Positions 17,767 to 26,099 of a stretch of DNA of 64,000 nt are shown piece by piece. The position numbers and the translations under genes are program-made. Source of the DNA: Planctomycetota bacterium (GTDB lineage Bacteria > Planctomycetota > B15-G4 > SIAN01); the NCBI GenBank assembly GCA_031409275.1, contig JANNXA010000009.1:32001-96000 (forward strand). Reading direction: 5' to 3'. The notes beneath the pieces are model-generated. The model ran no database searches and was not told the DNA's origin. It saw only the letters and a list, made by a program, of their open reading frames with translations. How positions within the stretch are numbered: position 1 is the stretch's first letter; each line of letters opens with the position of its first letter.

Positions 17767-19338
17767 ATGCCTTCCGCCAAGTCGCCCTACCAGCGCCTGC
17801 CCACCCGTATCGATGGCCTCGACCTGCTGCTCGGCGGCGGTCTGCGCTGTCCCCAGCCAGGGTCGGTCTTCCTGGTGATCCTCGGTGGGCCGGGCACCGG
17901 CAAGACCCACCTCGCCCTCGAACTCGCCGTCCGCACCCTCGGTGCGGCCACGGAGCGCGGGACCTGCCACCTCTACTACAGCTTCGACCAGAGCCCCGCC
18001 GAGCTGCACGCCAAGCTGCGCGAGGACTTCGACTTCTACGGCCTGCAGTCGAGCTGGCGGCGCATCGTGGGGACGCTCGAGAGTCCCGAACACTCGGCGC
18101 AGATCCACGAGTTCGCGCCACCAGCGCCGGCGCCCGAACGCTTCCTCGCGCTGGCTTCGCTGCGCGAGTCGCCTGGCGACCTCGTCCGTGGCGGCAGCCG
18201 TCTCTTCGAACGGCTCGACCGCGACCTCGCCGCACTGTCGAGCGCCGCAGCGCCGGCCGGCAACCCGCTCGTTCCGCGCCTCGTGGCGATCGACAACATC
18301 TCGCTGAACGCGTTCGACGACGGCCCGCAAGCTCGCGGCGCGCTGCAGTCGATCCGCCAGCAGCTCGCCGCGCGCCACCTGCACGGCATCTTCGTGGTCG
18401 AGACGCCCGGCGGCACTTCCGACCGCGCCATCTTCACGGCCGCCGAGTACGCCGCCGACGTGATCATCGAGCTCGGCTACCACCAGGTCGGCGACCAATT
18501 CAAGGAACGCTCGATCGAGATCGCCAAGGCGCGCCACCAGTTCTACTACCGCGGTGCGCACCACTTCTCGATCGTCGGGCGCAACGAAGGGGTGCTGTTC
18601 GGCGGCCGCGGCGAGCGGCCGACCGGCATCCACGTCTATCCGTCCGTGCCCACCCTGCTGTCGCACCTCGACTACGAGCAGTCGAAGCTCGAGCGGCCGG
18701 CCGTTCCGCCCGCGATCCCGTTCGGCATCGCCGATCTGCACGTGCCGCACGGCTCGGTGAGCGGGCTGGTCGGGCCGCCTTCGCGCGCGACGACGGCGCA
18801 CTGGCTCGCGCTGCGTTTCCTGCTGGCCGGCCGCAAGAACGGCCTGCTGATCTCGCTGCGGGAGACGCGCGACGAACTGCAGGCGGTCGCGCGCGAGTGG
18901 TTCGGCGACGAAGCGGACCGGCTCGACTTCGTCTCCTTCGCGCCGGAGTACCTCTCCACCGGCAAGTTCATGAAGGACCTCTACGACGAGATCTGCGAGC
19001 TCGAACGCCGCGGCCGCGTGGTCGAACGCGCGGCGCTATGGGGTCTGGGCCAGCTGAAGATGGCCTTCCCGCTGCTGAACGAGTCGCGCATGTTCCTGCC
19101 GTGGCTCTCGGCGTTCCTGAAGCGGAAGGGCATCGCTTCGCTGCTCGTCGAGGCGACCCACCAGGTCCAGGCCGACGGCACGGTCAGCGGCGACTCGACG
19201 GTGCCGCTCACCGCCGACCACCTGCTGGCGCTGATCGAAACGCCCGAGCATCGCAGCGAGCTGAGACTGGTTCGTTCGCTGACGGCGCGCTCGGAGAAGC
19301 ACGGCCGCACGATTCCGCTGCCGACCGACGCACGCTGA
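17767..19338 (+). CDS. KaiC/RAD55-like RecA-superfamily ATPase, two domains with the second degenerate
   Basis: LPTRIDGLD.LLGGG, Walker A GGPGTGKT, Walker B LVAIDN, EYAADVII and RSIEIAKARHQ..RG.H.F.I. The second module has GPPSRATT in place of Walker A. Confidence 0.8.
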   Translation: MPSAKSPYQRLPTRIDGLDLLLGGGLRCPQPGSVFLVILGGPGTGKTHLALELAVRTLGAATERGTCHLYYSFDQSPAELHAKLREDFDFYGLQSSWRRIVGTLESPEHSAQIHEFAPPAPAPERFLALASLRESPGDLVRGGSRLFERLDRDLAALSSAAAPAGNPLVPRLVAIDNISLNAFDDGPQARGALQSIRQQLAARHLHGIFVVETPGGTSDRAIFTAAEYAADVIIELGYHQVGDQFKERSIEIAKARHQFYYRGAHHFSIVGRNEGVLFGGRGERPTGIHVYPSVPTLLSHLDYEQSKLERPAVPPAIPFGIADLHVPHGSVSGLVGPPSRATTAHWLALRFLLAGRKNGLLISLRETRDELQAVAREWFGDEADRLDFVSFAPEYLSTGKFMKDLYDEICELERRGRVVERAALWGLGQLKMAFPLLNESRMFLPWLSAFLKRKGIASLLVEATHQVQADGTVSGDSTVPLTADHLLALIETPEHRSELRLVRSLTARSEKHGRTIPLPTDAR

Positions 19339-19351
19339 GCCGGCGCCGGGC

Positions 19352-20872
19352 TCAGTCGTCGCGCGGGAGCCAGCGTGCGTGCCACTTGGTCGCTTGCTTG
19401 GGATCGATGAGGAAGACGCGCAGTCGATTCTGGTGGTAGTCGAGTCGCGGCCGCCAGAACTCGCGGACCATGGTCCCCTGCTCCCAGGCCCAACGCTCGA
19501 ACGAGCGGGTCGCGTCGTTCTTCTCCTCGAAGTCGGCTGGAATCACCACCCAGAGTCGCGCGCAGCCGGCCCACATCGCCGCGTACTGGCGCCAGTCGGT
19601 GGATCCGGACGGCGGCGGCGCTTCGAGCAGCTGCGAGTCAGGGAGACTCTCCGGCAAGTAGCGGCGCGCCAGCGCATGCGTTTCGGCGATGACGCCATCT
19701 CCTGGCTCGATCCGTTCGGAGACGAATCGCAACGCGCCGGCGAGGTCGTGCCGATTGCCATCGATCAGCTCGGAGGCGACGCCCGGCGCCCATGCCGCCA
19801 GCGCCAGCAACGGCACCGCGACTCGCGCTCCGCGCAGGGACGGTGCCAGTCGCGTCGAAACCTCGCCGATCAGCGCCGCCGCCGGAATCAGCGCCAACGG
19901 CACCACGGCAATCAGGTAGCGCTGCTCGACCGATTTGCCGAGCGCGGCGAGGAGCAGCATGAGCGCGGTCGGCAGCCCGGCGCCGATCACGACGTGCAGC
20001 GTCAGCTCGCGATCGCGACGCCACAACGTCGGCAAGCCGAGGACCCCGAGCGTCCCGATCACCGGCCCGACGTTCCAACCGATTCCCAGCAAGAGCCCGC
20101 CGAGCGACTCGACCGCGGCGTCTTCCGCCTGCAGCTTGAAGAGGATCGTGTCGCGGATCGTCGCGGGCCACAACAACGCCGGGACCGCCATCAGCACGGG
20201 CAGCGCCACCAACGGCACGAACGCGCGCCCGAGCGGTCGAATGCGCAGCAGCGCGAGCGAGACGGCGGCCGCCAGTTCGCCGCACAGCAACAGCCCCGCC
20301 GTTGGATGGGTGCCGATCGCCAGCGCGACCCACATCACGCCGAGCAGCGCGCCGCGAAAGCTCGCTTCGCGCTGCGATCGCATCAACTCGAAGGTCGCGA
20401 TGACGCAGAAGGCCAGCACCAGCGAATAGAAGCGCGCCGTCTGCGAGAAGTAGAAGAACCAGGGCGAGAAGGCGACCAGCGCGGCGAAGATGTGGCGCTC
20501 CTCGCGGCGCAGGAAGCCGCGCGAGCAACGGAACGCGGCGGCCGCGGCGAGGCTGCCCGCCAGCGCCGGCAGGAGGCGCAGCGCGAGCTGCAGCGCCTGC
20601 GGATCGGGGGCAGCGACGGCCAGGCCGGTGAGCTCGAGAATCGCCCGTTCGAGCGTGTAGAAGACCGGGAACGCCAGATCGGCCACTTGCATCCGCGGGC
20701 CGAACATGTCGAGCGCGTTCTCGAGGCTGTAGACCTCGTCACCCCACAGGCTGAAGCGACCGAGCGCGAGGAATCGCAGCGTGGCGGCCAGCGCGAACCA
20801 GACGAGCGCGGCGCGACCGTCCGCCCACGCTTTGGGGATCTCGACTTCGCGCTCATCGCTTTCGACACGCAT
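19352..20872 (-). CDS. Glycosyltransferase family 39 / PMT-like GT-C membrane protein
   Basis: LRF..LG..SLWGDE, FSPW..YFSQTARFYS, THPT, multiple TM helices and RYL..VP. Confidence 0.8.
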   Translation of the reverse strand: MRVESDEREVEIPKAWADGRAALVWFALAATLRFLALGRFSLWGDEVYSLENALDMFGPRMQVADLAFPVFYTLERAILELTGLAVAAPDPQALQLALRLLPALAGSLAAAAAFRCSRGFLRREERHIFAALVAFSPWFFYFSQTARFYSLVLAFCVIATFELMRSQREASFRGALLGVMWVALAIGTHPTAGLLLCGELAAAVSLALLRIRPLGRAFVPLVALPVLMAVPALLWPATIRDTILFKLQAEDAAVESLGGLLLGIGWNVGPVIGTLGVLGLPTLWRRDRELTLHVVIGAGLPTALMLLLAALGKSVEQRYLIAVVPLALIPAAALIGEVSTRLAPSLRGARVAVPLLALAAWAPGVASELIDGNRHDLAGALRFVSERIEPGDGVIAETHALARRYLPESLPDSQLLEAPPPSGSTDWRQYAAMWAGCARLWVVIPADFEEKNDATRSFERWAWEQGTMVREFWRPRLDYHQNRLRVFLIDPKQATKWHARWLPRDD

Positions 20873-20894
20873 CGGCTGCTAGCGTAGCCCTCCC

Positions 20895-21863
20895 ATGAGC
20901 ACGCATCGATGGCTTGGAAGAGTCTGCCTCGTGTTGGCGAGCACGGCCGCGACGCTCGCCGCCGTCGATTGGCGCCTGCGCCGCGAGGTCGGCGCGTGCG
21001 GCACGACGCCGTTCATGACGGCGACGGTGAAGGGACTGCCCCATCAGCTCTTTCCTGGCCGCACGACCGTCTACAAAGGCGTCGAGGTCCGCATCAACTC
21101 GATCGGCCTGCGCGGCGACGAGTTGCCCGCCCCGGTCGCGGGCGTGCTGCGCGTCGCGCTGGTCGGCGACTCGGTCACGTTCGGCAACGGCTGCCCGGAA
21201 GCGGAGACGCTGGCCCATGCGCTCGCCAACGAATTGGCGAGCCGAGGCCAATCCACGCAGGTGATCAACTGCGGCATCCCGGCCTACAACGCCGACAACG
21301 TGGCCACCATGGTGCGCGAGCGCGTGGTCGCTCTCGCCCCGCAGCGCGTGATCTACGTCATGGTCGCGAACGACGTCTGCGACGCGCATCGTCGCACCGA
21401 GATCCCGGTCGACGCCACCATCGACGCCTTTGCCGACTTCCCTCTCGGTTCGCCGTTGCTGCAGCTGTTGAACGTGCAGGCCAGCGGCATCCTGCGCGCG
21501 GCCGGCCTGCAGCTCGACGGCTACGTCGAGTCGGTCCTGCGCCAGCACGAGCGCGTCGGTGTCGATCGACTGCGCCGTGCGCTGACCGAGATGCGCGACG
21601 CGTGCGCGACCGCCGGCATCGACTTCCGGGTCGCGATCTACCCGTTCATGACGCGCATCGACAAGAACCCGTTCCGCCCGATCGAGGACTCCTGCGCCAC
21701 GCTGTGCGGCGAACTGCGCGTCCCGTGCGTGCGTCTATCCGACGCGTTCGCGCCCGACACCAACCTCGGCACCTATTGGGTCGCGTTGCTCGACGCCCAC
21801 CCCAATGGCGCGGCGAATCGGACCGTCGCGAAGCTGCTGGCGGAGCGCTACTTCAAGCCGTGA
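20895..21863 (+). CDS. SGNH/GDSL hydrolase family protein
   Basis: INSIGLRG, block I LVGDSVTFG, INCGIPAY, block III VAND and block V DAHPN. Confidence 0.88.
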   Translation: MSTHRWLGRVCLVLASTAATLAAVDWRLRREVGACGTTPFMTATVKGLPHQLFPGRTTVYKGVEVRINSIGLRGDELPAPVAGVLRVALVGDSVTFGNGCPEAETLAHALANELASRGQSTQVINCGIPAYNADNVATMVRERVVALAPQRVIYVMVANDVCDAHRRTEIPVDATIDAFADFPLGSPLLQLLNVQASGILRAAGLQLDGYVESVLRQHERVGVDRLRRALTEMRDACATAGIDFRVAIYPFMTRIDKNPFRPIEDSCATLCGELRVPCVRLSDAFAPDTNLGTYWVALLDAHPNGAANRTVAKLLAERYFKP

Positions 21864-23217
21864 ACCCGGCGCGCGCGCGATCCGCGGTCGCCATCGCCGC
21901 CGGCAGCTGCGCGGGCTCCTCCACCGCGGCCAGCTCGCGACCCGCGACCAGGACGTGGGCCACCGCGCGAGCGACCACCGCGAAGCCGTGCCGCGCCAGC
22001 AGCTCCTGCTCGCGAGCCGGATCGAGAGCGAGCACCAGCTTGCTCGGCGCGTAGGTGCGGCGAGCCACGGCCAGCAGCTCGTCGCGGCGAGGATCCTCGG
22101 TCGCGCCGACCACGAAGATGCACTGCGGCGGATGGAAGAAGAGCTCGACCGCGCGACCGTACTCCGCCGTGTGGTAGCCGTAGAGCGGATAGTCCGACGC
22201 GAACGCGCCCAGCGTCCGCTCGGCCAGCGTCCGCCACTGCGGACGCGCCAGCAGCCAGCTCGCGCGCAGGAGCGCCTCGGCCAGAAGGCCGTTTTCGAGC
22301 AGCGCCTCCTGACGTCGCCGCGACTGCGCGAAGTGCGGCGCATCGTCGCGCACATCGGAGAAGCCGCCGTGTTGCGCCGACTCCTTCTTCTGCAGCAGGT
22401 CGATCAGCTCTTCCACCCGCGGCAACTGCTCGTTGCGGCCGGCGAATTGGATCGCGTGCAGCAGCGCTCGCACCGCGAAGACCTGGTCGGCGACCAGGCC
22501 GAGGATCTGACGGCTGCCGTCCGGCGTGATGGAGTGGTAGGCGCCTTGGCCGTGGCTGATCAGCCGATCGACCAGGAAGTTCATCGCCTCGAGCGCGCGC
22601 CGGGTCGCCCTCTCATCACCGAGGACGGCTCCCGCCTTGAGGAACGCGGAGATCGTCGCGGCGAGCGACCGCGTGGTGACCACGCTCTCGACGCGCGGCG
22701 GCTTGCGATCAGCACGCGAACGCTCGGGCAAGGCGTAGTAGCCGTCGTCCGCCTCCTGGCCTGCGAACCAGCCGCCGGTCGTCGCGTCGCGCAGCCGGTG
22801 CTCGACATAGGAGAGCGTCTTCTGCGCCACCTTGCGGAACTCGTCGCGACCGAAGAGCTGCCACGCTTCGAGGTAGTTGCGCAGCAACCCCGCCTGGGTC
22901 TCGAGCAGCTTCTCGGTGCACGGCTGGCGCCAGTCGCGCGTCGCGCAATAGCGGAAGAAGCCGCCCTCCACCGGGTCCATGAGCCCGCCTTGCGCCATCT
23001 CAGCGAGCGATCGCTGGGCGATCTCGCGGAAAGCGGGATTGCCCGTCTTCTCGGCCCACAGCAGCGCGAAGTCGAGCGCCTCCGGGTGCGGGAACTTCTG
23101 GCCGGTGCCAAACCCGCCGTGGCCGGCGTCGAACGCCTGCAAGATCGCCTGCGCGATGCGATCGAGGATCGCGGGGGTGAACCCGGCGCCCGCGCCCTGC
23201 TTGCGGCTGCTGTTCAT
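21853..23217 (-). CDS. YyaL/SSP411-like six-hairpin barrel protein lacking the N-terminal thioredoxin domain
   Basis: FD..HGGFG..QKFP, GGL.DPVEGGFFRY..TRDW..P..EKLL and FAGQEAD motifs. Confidence 0.8.
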   Translation of the reverse strand: MNSSRKQGAGAGFTPAILDRIAQAILQAFDAGHGGFGTGQKFPHPEALDFALLWAEKTGNPAFREIAQRSLAEMAQGGLMDPVEGGFFRYCATRDWRQPCTEKLLETQAGLLRNYLEAWQLFGRDEFRKVAQKTLSYVEHRLRDATTGGWFAGQEADDGYYALPERSRADRKPPRVESVVTTRSLAATISAFLKAGAVLGDERATRRALEAMNFLVDRLISHGQGAYHSITPDGSRQILGLVADQVFAVRALLHAIQFAGRNEQLPRVEELIDLLQKKESAQHGGFSDVRDDAPHFAQSRRRQEALLENGLLAEALLRASWLLARPQWRTLAERTLGAFASDYPLYGYHTAEYGRAVELFFHPPQCIFVVGATEDPRRDELLAVARRTYAPSKLVLALDPAREQELLARHGFAVVARAVAHVLVAGRELAAVEEPAQLPAAMATADRARAGFTA

Positions 23218-23251
23218 GGCTCGCTCCGCCGCGTCCGACTGCGCGGCCTCA

Positions 23252-23453
23252 CTCGTGTCCTGATCCCGAGCTTCGGGATCAGAACAGTGGTGTCCTGGAA
23301 CAGAAGTTCGCGAACACGGACCGAGGCGATGTTTGGGTCAGGCGAGGAGTGCCGACGAAGCAACTTCCGTGGCAGTGGGTGAGGAGGCGAGACGAAGCAT
23401 GGCGCAAAGAGCGCCCGGTTTCGTGGAAGCGAACTTCTGTTCCAGAACACTAG
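23252..23453. mobile_element. MITE-like palindromic element (about 160 bp) preceded by a 30-bp mini-copy with the same termini
   Basis: 22-bp TIR GTGTCCTGGAACAGAAGTTCGC (23290-23311) / GCGAACTTCTGTTCCAGAACAC (23429-23450), 1 mismatch. Layout: CTCG-TGTCCTG..CAGAACA-GTGG-TGTCCTG..CAGAACA-CTAG. Confidence 0.75.
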
Positions 23454-23467
23454 CTCACGGATGCGCG

Positions 23468-23833
23468 TCAGCTCGTCGCGCGAGCGGGGCGGCGGCGCAA
23501 CGGAATGCGCGGGGCATCGGCCCACAACGACTCGAGGTCGTAGTAGGTGCGGCCATCACGGTCGAACAAGTGCACGACCACGTCACCGAGGTCGAGCAGC
23601 ACCCAGCGATCGGAGCCGCTGCCCTCGACGCGTCGCGTCTTGCGACCGATCGCTTCCGCCTCGTCCGCCAGCCCTTCGGCCACCGCGCGCAGCTGCCGCT
23701 TGTTCTTGGCCGACGCGATCACGAAGTAGTCGGAGATCACGGTGCGCTGCTGCACGTCGAGCAGCAGGATGTCGTCGCACTTCTTGTCGATGGCGATCTC
23801 AGCGCAACGGTGTGCGAGTTCCAGCGAATCCAA
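23468..23833 (-). CDS. rsfS: Ribosome silencing factor
   Basis: DKK.DDI..LDV, DYFVIAS, VEG..WVLLDLGDVVVHLF..R.YYDLESLW. Confidence 0.95.
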   Translation of the reverse strand: MDSLELAHRCAEIAIDKKCDDILLLDVQQRTVISDYFVIASAKNKRQLRAVAEGLADEAEAIGRKTRRVEGSGSDRWVLLDLGDVVVHLFDRDGRTYYDLESLWADAPRIPLRRRPARATS

Positions 23834-23839
23834 ATCGTC

Positions 23840-25375
23840 CTACCTTCCGTGCGGCGCTGCCGCGAGCGCGAGGAACACCAAGGCCAGCAACCACGGCACG
23901 AGCGCGACGAGTCGAGCCTCGCTTCCGTGGTCGCTTCGCGTCAGACCTTCGCGGGCTGCCAGCGGTGCCGGCAACACCGCGAGGAAGCTGACGACAAGCA
24001 TCCCCGCGACCACACTGCCCTGCAGCGCCGGGGCGAGCTTCGACAGCCCGACCGCCACGCCCACCGACAGCAAAGAGGGCGCGATCATGGCGCGCGCCCC
24101 CCCTCGCGTCGAGATCGCGTCGGGCGCGCCCCCTTGCCGCAGCGACGCCGCGAGCACTTCGCCGGCGAACACGCCAAGCAGCAGTGCCCCCAAGGCAACC
24201 GCCGCCGGAACGTGCGCTGCGCCGCTCGCGCCGCCGCCGGACAGGCAGAGCAACCCGGCGAACGCCAGGAACCAGCGACCGTGATCGTCGACCAGGCGCG
24301 CCTGCTCTGCGGCGGCGCCAGCGGCCTCGTCGGGCGCCACGGTCTGGGTGAAGCGTTCGCCGAAACGAGAGCCGCACCCGATCGCCGCCAACGCCACCCA
24401 CGGCAGCGCTCGATCGCCCCCCACGCGCCAGGCGACCATCCAGGCCGCGCCGTGCCACGCGAGGAGCCAGCCGGCGCGGCTGCGCGAGCCGATCGCGGAC
24501 GGATCGGCCAGCGACCGCTCGCGCAACCAACGGCCAGTGGCGCGAAGCGCCAACATCAGCGCAAAGCCGATGACGAGCGGGACGGTGATGCGCGCGACGC
24601 CGTCGGCGGCGTCGACCGACGAAGCGAACAGCGGCACGATCGCGAGAGGAAGCAGCTCGACGAGGTGCGCGCCCGGAAACTTGAGGCGCGACGGCAACGA
24701 CGCGAACGCGAGCGCGAACGTCGCCAGCCCGAGCGCCAACGCCGCGCTGTCGCGCGCGGCCAGGGCGAACGCGGCCTGCAGCGCCGCCGCTTCGAGGGCG
24801 CCATCGACCGCCGCTCGCAGGCCACTCTCCGAGCGACCGCTGGCGAGCGCCGCGGCGGTGAGCGTCGCCGCCGCCGCGAGCGCGATCGCGGCGGTCGCGT
24901 CGAAGCCGAAGGTGCACAGCAACGTGGGGGCGAGCAGGGCGAGGCCACGCACGGCGCCGCTCGCCGCACTCGCCCCTTCGCGCGCCAGAAGGCGTGCCGC
25001 GTCTCCCGCCGCTGCCGCGACCCGTGTCGTCGTCAGCAGCGCGAAGTGGTGCGCGGCGGCGCTTGCGGCAAGAGTCGCCACAACGCCGACCATGGCCGCC
25101 GCTGCCACCGCGCGACCGCTCCCGCTGTCGGCGACGACGAGCGCCATCACGAACGCGCCGACCGCAACGATCGCCAACGGCGACGCGCGCGAACGCCAGG
25201 CTCGCCAGGAGACCGCTGCTTCGCCTGCCGCCGATAGTTGCGCGGCGAGCTCGCCACCACTGCGCGCCAGCAGTCCGACTCGCAGCAGCAGCACTGCGAC
25301 TGCGGCCCACGCCACGCCCACCCAAGCGAGGAGCGACCACGGCCAGGCGACGGCGAGGAGGAGCGGGAAGTGCAT
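23840..25375 (-). CDS. Polytopic membrane protein resembling a degenerate H+/Na+-translocating pyrophosphatase
   Basis: About 15 hydrophobic segments with remnants such as ALLTTTRVAAAA and ISTRGGARAMIAPSLL. All acidic catalytic motifs are absent. Confidence 0.55.
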   Translation of the reverse strand: MHFPLLLAVAWPWSLLAWVGVAWAAVAVLLLRVGLLARSGGELAAQLSAAGEAAVSWRAWRSRASPLAIVAVGAFVMALVVADSGSGRAVAAAAMVGVVATLAASAAAHHFALLTTTRVAAAAGDAARLLAREGASAASGAVRGLALLAPTLLCTFGFDATAAIALAAAATLTAAALASGRSESGLRAAVDGALEAAALQAAFALAARDSAALALGLATFALAFASLPSRLKFPGAHLVELLPLAIVPLFASSVDAADGVARITVPLVIGFALMLALRATGRWLRERSLADPSAIGSRSRAGWLLAWHGAAWMVAWRVGGDRALPWVALAAIGCGSRFGERFTQTVAPDEAAGAAAEQARLVDDHGRWFLAFAGLLCLSGGGASGAAHVPAAVALGALLLGVFAGEVLAASLRQGGAPDAISTRGGARAMIAPSLLSVGVAVGLSKLAPALQGSVVAGMLVVSFLAVLPAPLAAREGLTRSDHGSEARLVALVPWLLALVFLALAAAPHGR

Positions 25376-25388
25376 GCGGTGGCGGAGT

Positions 25389-26099
25389 CTACGCTCGACG
25401 CGCGGCCACGAGCGCGGCGCGCAGCAGCTCGGGGAGCCCTGGTTCAGCCAGCAGTTCGTCGGCCGCAGCGCCGACTGCCGCGCGCGATCCGGCCGGGCGC
25501 GAATCGTCACGAAGCAGTGCTTCGATCACCGCGGCGAGTTCGCTCACGATCAGGGCGCGTTCGAGCGGCGCTTCGGCGCCATGGCGCAGCGCGCGACGCA
25601 GCAGCTCGAACGCATGACCCAGGGGATCGGTGCGAACCGGAAGCGGCGCGAGGGCGAGTCGCTCGGGCGACACGCGCAGGTAGTTGAGCACGGCCGCGGC
25701 TTCGACGAGATCGATCCGCGCATGACGCGGGTGCAGCTCGCGGCCGCTGGCGAGGATCTCGAAGCCGGCGCGCACGCACTCGGCGCGCTCCGCCATCGAA
25801 CGGCTGAGCGCCGGCGCATCGAAGAGGAACCAGCCACCGAACGTGGCGAAATCGGTCGCGCTTTCGGGCACCAGGGCCAGCACGCGCCATGCGTCCGCGA
25901 GCTGGCCGAGCACGGTCGAATCGCGCCGCCGCGCCTCGAAACGGAGGCGCACGACGGTCGCGATCCAGGGACGCAACGGGCCGAGCAGAGCCGCCGCCGA
26001 CGCGCCAGGAATCGCCACGACCGCTGGCGCCGGCAGCACCGCCCACGCCGACGCGAACGCGAGGCACGCCAGCGCGAATCCGAGTGTGCGCGCTCTCAT
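25389..26099 (-). CDS. Hypothetical exported helical protein in ABC operon
   Basis: ATG overlaps the permease stop codon (ATGA). It has a signal-like N-terminus and is the 3' part of ORF 25389-27197. Confidence 0.6.
   Translation of the reverse strand: MRARTLGFALACLAFASAWAVLPAPAVVAIPGASAAALLGPLRPWIATVVRLRFEARRRDSTVLGQLADAWRVLALVPESATDFATFGGWFLFDAPALSRSMAERAECVRAGFEILASGRELHPRHARIDLVEAAAVLNYLRVSPERLALAPLPVRTDPLGHAFELLRRALRHGAEAPLERALIVSELAAVIEALLRDDSRPAGSRAAVGAAADELLAEPGLPELLRAALVAARRA

Noticed and set aside
17767..19338. Circadian clock kaiC
   Set aside because: No kaiA or kaiB is present, the second ATPase domain is degenerate and the phospho-acceptor residues are absent.
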